This document shows positions 12,552 through 25,903 of a stretch of DNA of 64,000 bases, one piece after another. The position numbers and the translations under genes were made by a program. The stretch is from positions 189,720,001 to 189,784,000 of the forward strand of contig CM097885.1 in NCBI GenBank assembly GCA_044892525.1, read 5' to 3'. The stretch is from Schmidtea polychroa (lineage: Eukaryota). Position 1 is the first letter of the stretch. The number at the start of each line of letters is the position of its first letter. The notes under the pieces are model-generated. The model was not told where the DNA came from. It did no database searches and saw nothing but the letters and a program-made list of their open reading frames with translations.

Positions 12552-15270
12552 ACCACCTACCCCGCCCTGAAAAATATCTAGGTCGACTAAGAATTTTATA
12601 TATATTTAACAGTGAATTTGTATGACCAGTGAGAATATATTTTCACCAGTGAAAATATATTTTCGCTAAGCAGGTCAGTGAATGTATATCTAACAATGAA
12701 GATACAAATTCACTGGTTACATTTAGTGAGTTTGTATTCATTACTACCTTATATAGTAGTAGACTATGTTGTTGAGTTTAGGGAATATTCAATCTTTAGC
12801 ATAATGTCGTCCCAACACCCTGCAGTTCGACCATCACTCAAAAATGTCACGATCATATCACGAGCTGTTCGTATTACTCGTTCTGCTAAACCATTAGACT
12901 TATGATAATATGGCGAAGTAAATAACCTTTCGGTGTTAAAATTAACAACTAACCCTTTGATTTGACTTCCCTCGAAAACCTTACCTTTATCCGAAACAAT
13001 GTAAGCTCGCTTACCGAATTTTTATATCCAATTGTGTAAAAGTACACGATATACAGTCTTTTCATCTTGGTTCTGAATAGGCGTTAAACTAATCATCTTG
13101 CTGAACTGATCAATTATTACTACAAATAACGGTTACGGTTTCTGGTTTTCTTCATATGAGCAATATCGATTACGATTTGTTCCATCGAGTTCATTATTAT
13201 CCTAAGGATTAAATATTCAGCTGTTTTATTTGTCAAAACTTTCCTTCTCATGCATACACCACATTTTTTATAATATCTCGTATATCGGTTAACATGTATA
13301 TCCAAAAGAAATAATCGTTCACATAATTTGTTTTTTTCTTAACTCCTAAATGCAGAGTTCTTTGTGCATATGTTGTACGACTTGTGACGCTATCTTCTGC
13401 CGAATTATTATCTGCTTATCATCATTTACTATTAATAACATATTGTCTTTTACCAATATCTGATCCTATCTTTTGAAATAAGGTGAATCCCGAATCAAGT
13501 AAGGTATCTCGGGACTCTAGTTTATTACAAACTTCTTTATTGTAGAAAACAAATTATATGTTTCCTGATTCTCAATATATAATTGCATATTTAAATTACT
13601 TGAAGTATTCACATTTAAAATTCTTATTCGGCTCTTCTCAAGTTTTCCTTCGGTTTGACATTGTGAACAATAACTTAACAATATCCTCGATAGTCCATCA
13701 ACGTTGTTATTACTTTCACTCTTCCTATATTTTAAATCAAAATCATAACCTGAAAACTCACTCAACCATGTTTGGAATTGTGGATTTATTGGTTTCGAAG
13801 TAGATTTTAAGAACTTTAAAGCTTTATTATCTGTATGTATATCAAACTTTTTCCATATAAGTAATGCCGAAAATATAAGCCGTACTCGTATATTGCTAAT
13901 ATTTCTTTTCTAGTTACACAGTACCCTTTCTTTTGAGCACTTAAATGTCTTGAACCATATGCTGAGTTTTTCACAACAATTTTGAACTTGACTTAGAACA
14001 GTGCCGATTCCACTAAAACACGCGTCAGTATTCAAAATAAGGTAATCGACCTTATTTGGAAACGCCAAAATTGGTGCACTCGATAATGCCTGTTTAAGTT
14101 TTCGGAAACTTTCTTCACAATTGTCATTCCATTTAATATATTTTTCATGTCCTTTTGTAGGTTCATACAACAATTTGGCTATTTCAGCAAAATTTGTAAC
14201 AAATTTGCGATAATAATATACTAATCCCATAAATGAACGTAGAGTTTTCCTGCATTTCGGCATTTCAACTTCAATAATTCTCTTTATCATATTATTATTC
14301 GTGGATATTCCTTCTGCTGAAATTTTATAGCCCAAGAATATCAATTCACTCTTATAAAAACTACACTTCTTAGGATTGATCTTTAATCCTGCTGATTTAA
14401 TTCACTTGAAAACTTCTTCGAAATTTCTATTGTGTTCTTCGATAGTTTTTCCATATATCAGAACATCATCTAAATATGCTACAACACCGTTATACAAAAT
14501 ATCATCAAACAATATGTGCATAAGTCTTTGGAAAGTTGCTGAAGCTGTGGATTATCCAAATGGCATTCAATTGTAGCAAAACTGTCCTTTTTTTGTAGAA
14601 AACACTGTTTTTAACTCAGACGCTTCATACACATGTACCTAATAATATGTCTGCCCCAAGTCTAGGGACGAAAAAACTGAAGATCCGGACAAAGAATCGA
14701 ATATTGTTTGGGGATCTGCCTTTGGAAAACTGAATCTTTCAGTAAATTCATTAACCTTCCTAAAATCTTGACACATCCTGATTGATCCGTCTTTCTTACC
14801 TACCACGACCGTAGGTGAGTTCCATGGGCTTTGGCATTTCAATCATATCGTCCACTTTTGATTCCATCTGCATTACCTATGATTTTGAATAATTGGATTT
14901 CCAGACGTTTTTATAATATGCGTAACCAAACTAGTACAACCTAGATCAAAATCTGTTGCCATGAAGATGGTTACCAACTCCTCCAGTCTTGGGTGTGAAT
15001 TTGGTCCAAAAACATCCAGCGCTCTTTGACATCGTTCGGTATCACTGTAGCTAACACCAACAGTATCTGAATCTATTAATGCAATTGATATATCTGGCAC
15101 AAGTTTTATTTTAAAAGCTAAAATCAAATTCATTCCACCCACAAAACCTGGACTTATATTCCTAACCACAATTCCAATCACTTTCTGACACAATTCATTC
15201 CAAACAAACGCCCCTCTGAGCGCCATATCTAACGGTTTTAAAACTGGAATGCCACACTTCCTCCATTTTT
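12552..15270 (-). mobile_element. Decayed Ty3/Gypsy LTR retrotransposon (RT-RNaseH-integrase), 5'-truncated
   Basis: Minus-strand SPWNSPTVVVGKKDGSIRMCQDFR, YYRKFV, NTDACFSGIGTVLSQ, IVSDKG, TSPYYHKSNGLAER, broken by frameshifts and stops; purine tract GGGCGGGGTAGG near 12556-12567. Confidence 0.8.
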
Positions 15271-15319
15271 TGATTTTAAAATATATTACAAAGTAATTTA
15301 ATTAATATCTAATAATATA

Positions 15320-15894
15320 CTCCCTCCGTCCGGAAATATGGTATACATTTGAGCGATTTTTGTTGTCCGGAAATATGGTATACATTTGCGAAAAAATAAA
15401 ATAAATCAAAAAATGTACATGACAAGTTTATTATATTACGTTTATTTGAAACATTTTAATAAATATTAATGTAAATATTAAATAAAATTTAAAAAAATAA
15501 ATATTACTCCCTCCGTCCGGAAATATGGTATTGATTGCACCGTGTTTTAACTTATTCTCCTTCATCTGCTGTAATAAATTTTCATAAATACCTTGACGTT
15601 GTTCTTTAGTTAACTGTTTATATTTTGAATCTCTTCTTTCTAAATTTAACAAATTTCCTTCCACATTTTCCATATTCGTCTTGCAGCGGTACTAATTTTA
15701 TCTACCTCAAGAAACACTGATGTTTGAGCGGTAAGTTTTTAACTAAGAATGATATTACTTAAGTCAAATATTTTAGGTTATATTGTCATGAATATTTACT
15801 ATGACAATGTCATGACAGTTGCCTATTTATTTTTATATTCACGATAATCTACGATTTTTGTTGAAATGTATACCATATTACCGGACGGTGGGAG
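15320..15894 (-). mobile_element. Deleted mariner of the plant-type DD39D/Stowaway-TIR lineage
   Basis: TA-CTCCCTCCGTCCGGAAATATGGTATACATTT TIR and its inverse at 15864-15894 (2 mismatches), TA on both sides; extra TIR copy at 15507; transposase N-terminus QLTKEQRQGIYENLLQQMKENKLKHG (15673 to about 15530). Confidence 0.8.
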
Positions 15895-16084
15895 TATTAA
15901 TTTTTTAAATAAACAAACGACAAATAATAATAATAGCTTTTAAAATATTTTTGTAACAAGTTCATTTAATCTATTGTTTATATAATTCATATTTAAGAAA
16001 AACTTTAAATTTGTAAACAAAGTCCTTATAATTAAAAGGTTCAAATTTATTTTAAAAATTCAATTTTTAATATAAAAATTGTAG

Positions 16085-16858
16085 ATGGGTTGCATTATTG
16101 GCTCATTAGCATGTTGTTTTTGTAGTTCAGCAGCTAGTTTATGTTGTGGTTGTTTACCTTCATGCAAAAGTTCCACATCTACTCGCTTAGTTTATGGTTT
16201 ATTTTTAATACTGGGCACAATTTTATCTTGTATAATGTTGGCACCTGGATTTCAAAAATCTCTTGCAAATATTAAAGCACTTTGTACTCCTTACGAAATT
16301 GGGTTGTACCCTGCATCGTATTCCATATATTCCGGCTTCGATTGTAGTTTAATAGCCGGATTCGGTGCAGTATATCGTGTTTGTTTCGCAATGGCGTGTT
16401 TCTTTTTCCTATTTTGTATATTGATGATAAAAGTTCATAGTTCTCGTGATCCTCGTGCTAAAATTCAAAATGGCTTTTGGTTTTTTAAGATATTGATTTT
16501 TATAGGGTTGATGGTTGGTGGATTTTTCATCCCAACGAATTCAGCATTTCTAAAATCCTGGCTTGTTATCGGAATGATTGGCGGTTTCATGTATATTATT
16601 ATCCAATTAATATTGCTAGTGGATTTTGCCCACAGCTGGAATGAAAGTTGGATTGATGGTTACGAAGAGAATGACAATAAAGCATATTATTTTGGATTGA
16701 TTTTCTTCACGATTTTCTTTTACGCTGTATCTTTGGCAAGTATTGTCTTGCTTTATATTTACTACGCTGGTCACCCGGAATGTGCACTCAACAAATTCTT
16801 TATTAGTTTTAACATGATTCTCTGCATAGCGATTAGCATTGTTTCAGTTTTACCTAAG
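16085..16858 (+). CDS. SERINC: Serine incorporator (SERINC/TDE family) exon 1
   Basis: Diagnostic MGCIIGSLACCFCSSAASLCC N-terminus, GFGAVYRVCF, RAKIQNGFWFFK, QLILLVDFAHSWNESW; donor AAG|gtaat at 16859. Confidence 0.95.
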
Positions 16859-18119
16859 GTAATATTACGATTTAATTAAATTAATTTTTAATATGCTTCA
16901 CAATATATAGAATATTTTCATGTGATTTGATCAATTCATTTCTATATTTTATATCTGTTGACCTTTATTCACATGAAACTGGGAGGGGAAGGATTTTTTT
17001 CATATTTTTTTAAATAATTAACATTTATTATACTTTTGGTAGTGCTGCAGGTGAAAAATCATAAGAAATTATATATTGTCTTGATGTGACAACTCATTAT
17101 ACTCAAAACAAACTTGTTATTTTTAGAATTCAAGGGTTATCACTATGTCATTTCATAAAAATGATTTTAAATTTTAAAATTCAAGAATATGGAAAACCTC
17201 GAAACAAACAGAATAGTGATTAATCGAACCATTTACAAGTACATATATAACTTTGAATTTTTAATTTACTATCCCAATTAAAGCCCGTCAAAGCTACAAT
17301 AAGCGTAAAATATCACAGTATGATACGGGATTTCTAGTACTCAGTGTAAATTATAAAGATTTAATAATAGAATTAAGAGAGAAATAATTATATAGAAAAT
17401 ATATATAAAAATTCATCCATACAAAACATGGTTTTTGAAACTCTATATTTCACTCTTAATTTCATTCAAAACTAGAATTTCAATATGCGTTTTCAATGCT
17501 ATGAAATATTTATTATTACGTATAATCACTTTTTGCGTGACCAAACGAAATCCTAAATAATGTGATAATGATAATCATATAAATTATTGGTTCCAACTTA
17601 TATAACATATTTTGGATATAGTTACGTTATCTCTTTAATTCGAAGTTAATCAATAGATAAGAATTTATATTGAAATAAGGAAATAACACTAGATTTGGCA
17701 TATCAATATTTTTTAAATTAACCCACTTTCCATGATCTGATCGATCTGAAATTTTGATAGCATCCAGTGTTCTCGACAACGAATCTATATGCCAAATTTC
17801 AGCTCAATCCGATAACAGAAAGTAGGTTAATTTAGGCCCACAAAATTAGCGTGGCATAATAAATCAATCATATAAAGTAGAAATAGACTTGAAATAGTGA
17901 GTAAAAACCCAAGAACAAAGTTCAAAAATCTTGCGTACAAGTTTATGGAAATCGATACCAATCTAAAATTATCTGTATTTATCTTAGAGAGCTTACGACC
18001 ACCGCTACATATACTTGCGGTACCTCAGTTAAGAATTCTTGTTTTATTAGCTTAGATTGTATAATTAATTAGATTATTCTTAAAACTTTGATTTCCATTT
18101 TGTGATATTTTTAAACCAG

Positions 18120-18422
18120 ATTCACGAATACATGCCAAGATCTGGCTTGCTTCAATCATCAATACTAACTTTGTACACAATTTATTTGACATGGTCAGCA
18201 ATGACCAATGGATCGAACAAATTATGTAATCCAACCTTAATATCAAACATTTATAATACTACTAAAAAGGATGGCATCGGTACCACTGTGACATCAGTTA
18301 CAAACAATGAGCAAAATTGGTCATGGACTGTTATAGTCGGATTAGTAGTATTTCTATTAACAGTTATTTATTCAAGCATTCGTAGTAGTGGCCATACAAG
18401 TGTTGGAAAATTGACAATGCAT
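18120..18422 (+). CDS. SERINC: SERINC exon 2
   Basis: Acceptor aaaccag at 18119; IHEYMPRSGLLQSSILTLYTIYLTWSAM; donor CAT|gtaagt at 18423; phase 0. Confidence 0.92.
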
Positions 18423-18552
18423 GTAAGTGAATACTGAATTATATTTTGAATATTATCTTGTATATATATATATATATATATGAAATTTTTTTTGAAAATT
18501 AAATACTAACATTGAACTTTTTGAGCCTTTTCGAGACAATATGACCCATAAG

Positions 18553-18956
18553 CAGGGCCGTAACAAGGGTGGTGCGAGCGGTGCACACCTGAAAGGGGAG
18601 TAAAATTGGAATGTAACATTTTTTTAATGTTACCAAAAAATAACAAAATATAAATAAAAGAAATTATCAAAAACGACACACTAGCTAGCCTATCTTTAAC
18701 ATTGCTGATTGGACTGGTCCTTTAACATGTCCTCGCTAGTGTGTATTTTGAAAAAACTTAGTCCACAAAATGGGCTCCTGTCATTTTTTCAATTAGCAAC
18801 AGAATTTTAAGAGCATTACTACCTATTATAATAGCTGGATATGAATAATCTCAACAGGAACATTATAATTATTATAGTAGGCTGATTTGAATTCGGGTTT
18901 TAAGGGGGCCAGATATATGAACCGCACAGGGTGCAATAATGCCTTGTTACGGCCTG
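18553..18956. mobile_element. hAT MITE in SERINC intron 2
   Basis: TIR CAGGGCCGTAACAAGG / CCTTGTTACGGCCTG; 8-bp TSD cccataag / tccataag. Confidence 0.8.
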
Positions 18957-19759
18957 TCCATAAGGGGATTTAAAAACACCAACATTCCATATTTGCTTTA
19001 CTATACGACCCTGTTAACATGCCAGAGTGTGGCGAAAGATATATTCATTCTTTTTGGTCACTCCCTATCTTTCGTCCTACTCTAGCGTGTTAACAAGGTC
19101 GTACAAGTTACAGTTTTTTGTGCAGTGCTACAATAATTTCATTTTCTTAACATTCCATGTGAGAAATAATTTCAGAAAGACAAGAAAGTTTGTTCGTTTC
19201 TATAATATAAACTGAGATATTATTTTTTTATAATATAAATGCATTTATTTATATTTATATATTTATAATTATAGCATGTAACATTTCTTGGGATATAAAA
19301 TACTAACGACATTATTTATCCCAAATAGTTTTAGCTCGAACTCTGAAAATAGATGAGTTGGAGATTTTTTTTAGGAATTTTTCCTATAATCTATATTGTT
19401 AATATAATATCTGGTTGGTAAAATAATATATGAGAAAAAATAAAAAATACTCTGTTGTTAAATTACTCAATCTTCTCACTGACATAAAATCCGTAAAAAT
19501 TGAATCTTCAATGCCTTTGGAAATCCGTCACTGTACTTAACTTTCTCATGCTTACTACTTACATGTTTGCTAGGATTATTAAGTGAGTTATTCTGCTTTA
19601 CCGTATCTGAGTCCATAGCCACCAAATTTATAATCTTATTAGAAGTTATTTTGTATTTATAATCAATATTCATTCACTCAATTACATCATCACAATTTAT
19701 ATTTAATAATAAATACTATAAAATATATTCCTATTCCGTCATATTTTGGTTTGATTTGG

Positions 19760-20670
19760 TTCCATGGCAAGTGCGCACAAGACAAATGCTCACATAGACA
19801 AATGTGCACCAAAGAATAATAATAAAAATATGGATTTACAGTAAATAGTTTTTTATTGACCTTCAGATTGATCTGACCGCCAATGTGTAGAGAGTATTTG
19901 TTATATATCAACTCATGTTGACACATTAAAATTGCATGCATTTATAATAATAATTAAATAATAAATATGTACAAAAGAAAATTTTAATTATTGCATATAT
20001 TGTCACATTAATTAAAATGCCCATCTTTCCCGTGTCTCAATAGGATTCTTGTCATCGAAGATTATTGCGGTAGATGAGCCAAAATATCATTACTCAGAAT
20101 ATCATTACGTTTTTTGCAGTATCACCTACATTTTTGATATCATCCTTAATATTACTCATCACAATGTTGGCTTTGGCTTTTTGTGGACAGGAATCATGCG
20201 AATGGGTACCTGTTTGTACAACATTATTTCCATCTGTTGAGGCAGTTGAAGGATTTTGATTGTCTGCATCCCCATGTTTCTATATACCAGTCGTCTTTTT
20301 TTCTCTGTATCTATTATATTCAAACCCAAGATATGTCATCACTGTATTTCCTTTCTGGTTCTTTGAATATTCCGTTGTAGTGACGGGGCTCATGAATAAA
20401 GGAATAGGACTCTGAAAATGGCAACTATTTCCAAAACCTAAAGTTATAAAGATAGCATTCTTTTAAAATACCTTTATTTAACAATTTTACAATGCAAAAA
20501 TAAAATTTGCACTTTTCAAGAAAATCTAATCAATTTATTTAAACAACAGAATTTGTCTTTGTAATTTACCCGATAAAAATTAATTAATTTTAAAAAAAAT
20601 ATTAAATTAATTAAATTAAAAATCATAATCTATCTAGTTAATCTAGTTTGTGAGCATTTGTCTGACCACC
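19760..20670 (-). pseudogene. Possible Mutator-like (FLYWCH) transposon remnant
   Basis: Inverted AGACAAATGCTCAC motif near 19779 and 20651; minus-strand broken W-x-C...GTHSH zinc-finger-like peptide near 20190-20290. Confidence 0.35.
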
Positions 20671-22489
20671 ATANNNNNNNNNNNNNNNNNNNNNNNNNNN
20701 NNNNNNNNNNNNNNNNNNNNNNNNNNNNNNNNNNNNNNNNNNNNNNNNNNNNNNNNNNNNNNNNNNNNNNNNNNNNNNNNNNNNNNNNNNNNNNNNNNNN
20801 NNNNNNNNNNNNNNNNNNNNNNNNNTGAAAATTCTTTAACATTTAAACCTACTCATTATAACAATGTTTTATCAAACATTAATTGGGGATTGTCAGTTAT
20901 ATTCACATTGCAATAATTTTCATTTGTCATCATAATTAAATTTAATAATAACGATTTAAGTTCCAACACTATTTTTCACACATGACACAGTTTATTTTAC
21001 AAGTTAGCTAACTTTCCCGTCGAAATTCCTTCGTCAAGCTTTTTTATTATAGCAAGCTCGTCACCAATATTTAATAGAAAAGGTTTTCGTTTTTCTGTCA
21101 TTTAAGTTATAAATTGAAATTATAAATGAAAGCTATATAAATATGTTCTTTGATTAAATAAATTCTGACAAATACAAAACAAATAAAAAACTATAAAATA
21201 TATATAATTACATATATAATTGTATTTAAAAAAGTATATAAATACAATTTTTGTTCGAATAATTGAGGATTTACTGTATTTATAGTTTTTATCATGTTGC
21301 CTTATCGCTTATATCTGAGTCATCAATAAAATTTTTAAGTATAAGGAGTACTCGACATATTTCTCGAAGCTTTTTCAGTTTCAAATAAGAGCGCGCTATT
21401 TTTTATTCTTTTCATTTTAATCAATAGGATACATTTGAAGCCATCTCCGTTTATAGCTAACCTTCAAGATACTCGATGAATTTAGAATGTCTTTGATTGA
21501 ATTGATATTGCTTTGACAAACTCGATAAGGATCTTGTCTTTTTCAGAAATATTAGGATGTATTTTTCATGCATTAGGGCATGTAAAATTATCGAGATTTT
21601 GTTAGTGAAAAATGTACACGTATTAGACAATTTGTATCAAGTGTTATGCAACTTAGACTAGTCCTTATTTTAGTGCATATTATTCCTGCTGATGAGAAAG
21701 CTCTTCAAGATTCAACGCTTATCGATTTAAATGCCTTCCTCGGTTTTCTTTTAATATAACGGTTACTTTTTTAAAGAATTTCAGTTGAGAGAGCTATGCA
21801 TTAGTTGACAGTTGCTTAAATAGTGCTTATTGATACGCTGTTAATTTAATTTTTCTCTTTAATGTGTAATTACAACTTATCTTTTACGGTTAACGGGGGT
21901 GCTAATTTAACCACCATCATTTCATTCATTTTTTAATTCACTCACATTTTTAATACAAGTTTTATTTAACTTAAGTATTCCTAAATTCTAAATAGTTGTA
22001 CAGGAACTCAAGAACATCCGAAAATCTTGTGCACCGGTCTTGTAGATGCAAAATTAACCAATATTTTTAATTCTACGCTTAAATGTATTATTTGGTGATA
22101 ATTCATCAAGCATGGCATTAAGGGTAACATCGATAACAATCGACTGTACCTAAAACTTCTACATAAAACAATTGATAGAATTTATTTAATGTTCAGAAAA
22201 TGAAATTTCAATATTTAAAACAAGATTTCAATTGATAATATCGTTCAACCATAGTCAATAGGCTTTTCTATCGTTCTATTTTCTAAAATTACCGAAATCT
22301 TCTCAAATTCATTTTTAACGCGATGTTGAATGTTAATTGACTTGTTATCATAAGATGAAGTCATTATTATAAATTGTAATTTTTATTCAACAATGTTATT
22401 TAAACAAAGATTAATTGTTCTTTTAAGAATTTCATTTATTAGGAAATTAAATCGAGTAATTTTATAATAATTAAACTCTACTTAACTCC

Positions 22490-24420
22490 CCTCCAAGACT
22501 GCGGCGGTTCAAGTGTTGCACGAAGTCGATTTGCAGTAACGACTGTTTTTATTTTTAATTTCTATTTTGAAGGTTTACATATCTGCTGATCTGTTTATTA
22601 CTTTGAATGGTCCACAGTAAGGAAGATCAAGTCATTTAGTTGTTGGTTTCTGTAATCAGACGTTATTACAATTACCTAATTCTCTTTGAACTGATATTTT
22701 GTCATTCTACAGTCTTTCTTCCTCCGAATTATGTTTGATAATTTATGAATTCTGTTCTGTTTCTGGAACTTCGTTATGTTATGTCACTGGGAAATTTCAA
22801 TTTGTATCCAAATACACATTCTGGTGGCGTGCAGCAGTTCTTCGGTGATACATACCCATGTCCTGTTTAATGAACCTAAATCAAATCGAAGTCCCTAATC
22901 ACTATGCCTGGGACGCCATATCTGCTAATCTATTCTCTTTTCAAGGTCTTTAATATGCTATCACTTGTTTTGTCGTTAATTGAAATTGCTTCGTCCCATG
23001 ATGCTCATTTGTCGATAATTGTATGAATAAATCTTTTGCTGTTTACAGGAGTTAACATGTCTACTAAGTCTATATGGATGATTTTAAACCTTCCCGTACC
23101 TGGAATAACTCTTAATGGAATTTTAGTATGAATAGATATTTTTGATTGCTCGCATTTAAGACATTCCCGGTTCGATGAGAAAACGTCAGATTTCATTCCA
23201 GACAATACATATCTTTCTGTCACTAGTTTCATCATTGGTTTGTAACCCGGATCAGAAAAAACATGAAGGATTTAAAATTCTGAAAAAGTTTTGGAAAAAC
23301 GATTCTTGGAGTTCTTGTGCCTGTATCAACTAGAACTATTTTTGTTTGGTATAGTTGTAGTGACGTTTCTTTTTGTTTTTTAAGGAGTCATTGGCGATTT
23401 GTTCATCGATCAGATGCTTGTAGTTTTCACAGTTTCAGGCACCTAGTTTGATAGCATTTATTTCCACTGAAGGTTTCCTTGATAAAAGGTATACCATCAC
23501 ATTTTCCTTTCTCTTCATGTATTTAATTGAGAATGTGAATTGAGAAAGATGTTCAATGATTCTCCATTGCCTGGCTGGCGATTCTATCATTAGCATCACA
23601 TGTAACAGAGGATTATGATCCGTTTTGATAGAGAATTAATAGATAATGATTGAAATGTTTGGTTGCTAGGTGTACAGCGAAATATTCCTAGTGAATTCGA
23701 AGTGAAATGTTGAATATTTAATTTCTGATTTAAGCAGTTTTCTAAGAATAAGATTGAGGTCAGGTTAGTTTGTGTTAAATATTTGTTTCTAAAATGTATT
23801 GGATTCTCGGAAGTCTTGTATTACTAACACCAGCGGTGATGCCAAACTGCTGTTGCGTGTTTGAATGATGTTATCTTTCAGTAGTTTGCTGAACTCCATC
23901 TTGCTCGCATACAGTAGTTCTTCGAATAGTTTGCCTTATTTTTGAGAAATTGGTTGTCCCCTGTAATTATTTTGAGTTCAACATTGACAGCTTTTGAAGA
24001 TCTATTCTTTGAATCAGTATTGGATATCGGGCCAAATTATCATGTAAGAATATATTGTTGATTTCGGGGTTCATGCCATGGCCTTGAAGGAATATAAAAT
24101 ACTCTTGTCTTTCCATTTGACTAATAAGTTGTAGTGAGATAAGAAATCCGCACCGAAAATAGGTTTACTTATATTTGCAATTGCACATATTTATTTGAAA
24201 CCTTCAATCTGAAGCGTGATTTCCTTGTCTCCATAATAAAATCTAACTGAATTATTGGTGCTGACTGGTGTTTTAGTTTTCTCGCAAGGATTGGTTAGTT
24301 TCGAACATTGTTGATGGTAAAACACTAAATAATTAAAGCTGGTGTGATACCATGACCGGTATGGTAAATGTCTAGTAGTTATTTGGATTATAGGTTGATG
24401 TAATTTTGAAGGTTCCAGTC
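22490..24420 (-). mobile_element. Heavily decayed Ty3/Gypsy pol fragment
   Basis: Minus-strand integrase pieces (CLKCEQSK...IIHIDLVD...TIIDK) with upstream RNaseH/RT/protease-like remnants, many stops. Confidence 0.6.
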
Positions 24421-25658
24421 TCCGAACTTAGCTGACAAGGGAAACTCAAAATAAATTCATATTTACATTGTTGATTAAAATTACGAAAGTATTTTCTGTC
24501 AGTAAAATCGATATTACTCGAATCACTCTGGTGAAATATGTAAATAAAGAATTATTTTTTTGCATTTCTAGAAATTTGAAATGAAAAATTAAAATAGCTT
24601 GTTTTCTATTAATAATTAAGGCCTAATTTTGAAAATGTTGACTTTATTGACGTTATATTTTTACAATTGTCGATAATAGATTTTCAATCCGTTCTTTTTT
24701 TGTTAAGATTTCATTTCTTTTGTAAATAAATCCAGTCATTCAATTTGTAATTCCAAAATAGAAATGTTTTAAATTCTTAATTATAGTTACATTGAGGCTA
24801 GAAACAGAATTTTCCAATGGGGATTCACAAAAATTTAGAAGCACGATGAACTTTGAACTATGAACTTTTGAACTTTGAAATAATGGGTTTCGGTAGCTTT
24901 TACTCTTACATACTTAACATGAACAGTTCTTTCATATTATAAAATAGATTTGCTCTTATATTAACATGATCTATAATTAAAATGCGTTTGATAGTAAATA
25001 ATCCAAAATTATAAACAAATAGTCATATTTATGAAATAAAAGCCTTCTTGCAATCAGATTGTATTTCCATAACATTTTATTTATTAATTGCTTCTTCAAT
25101 CATAATAAATATTGGTACATTCTTGGTTGACTACACAAAACGATATCTAGTCTTCGTTTTTTGTTTAACAATTCTTTGATTATTGCGTCTGTTGTTGAGG
25201 TCATTTCACAGTGAACATGTAGAAGAAGTTAGTGTAAAGAATGAGTACTCATTACAAGCAATGTTGTCAAGATTTGCAACAAGTTTTCAATATTTCGATA
25301 GACTGTTGAATGACAAAAGTGCATTGCATCTAAGTCATTTTTTGTCATATTACCCTCTTATGTGTGTGAAAGACGAAATTACCACAGCCTTAGTTCTGCC
25401 ACCAATGAATCCAAATTGTCATTCAAATAATCAATGCAAAATTCCACAAAATTAGTAGTCCTTCAATTGTATACTTCTTTGCAGTAGTTATCAAATTTTT
25501 AATCTTCTATTCATATGAATTATGACATTATTATATAATAGTTCTTTTGGAATATCTGCACGCATTTTAATATGAATTTTCATTGTTCTAACCAAATTAT
25601 TACATTGAAATTGTTTAATTCTCATTAAATAATCTGTCAATTCTCTCCCAGTCAACTC

Positions 25659-25903
25659 TGTGAGGAAGATTTAATTATTAGCACAATATAATATTATAAT
25701 AATAAATTACATCTGAATTATTACTATTAAGAAATTAACATATACATATATTAAAGTATTATATTCGTATTATATTATGGCGTACATAATTATTATTGTT
25801 ATTTAGAAATGCTTAATCGTCAATTTAATGATTTGTTTAGTCAAACCGATATTGTTATAATTTTTGAATATAATTTGAATTCGACTGCTAGTTTTATTTA
25901 ACA
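25659..25903 (+). repeat. 5' LTR
   Basis: TGTGAGG...TTTAACA, same sequence as 30248-30492. Confidence 0.97.
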
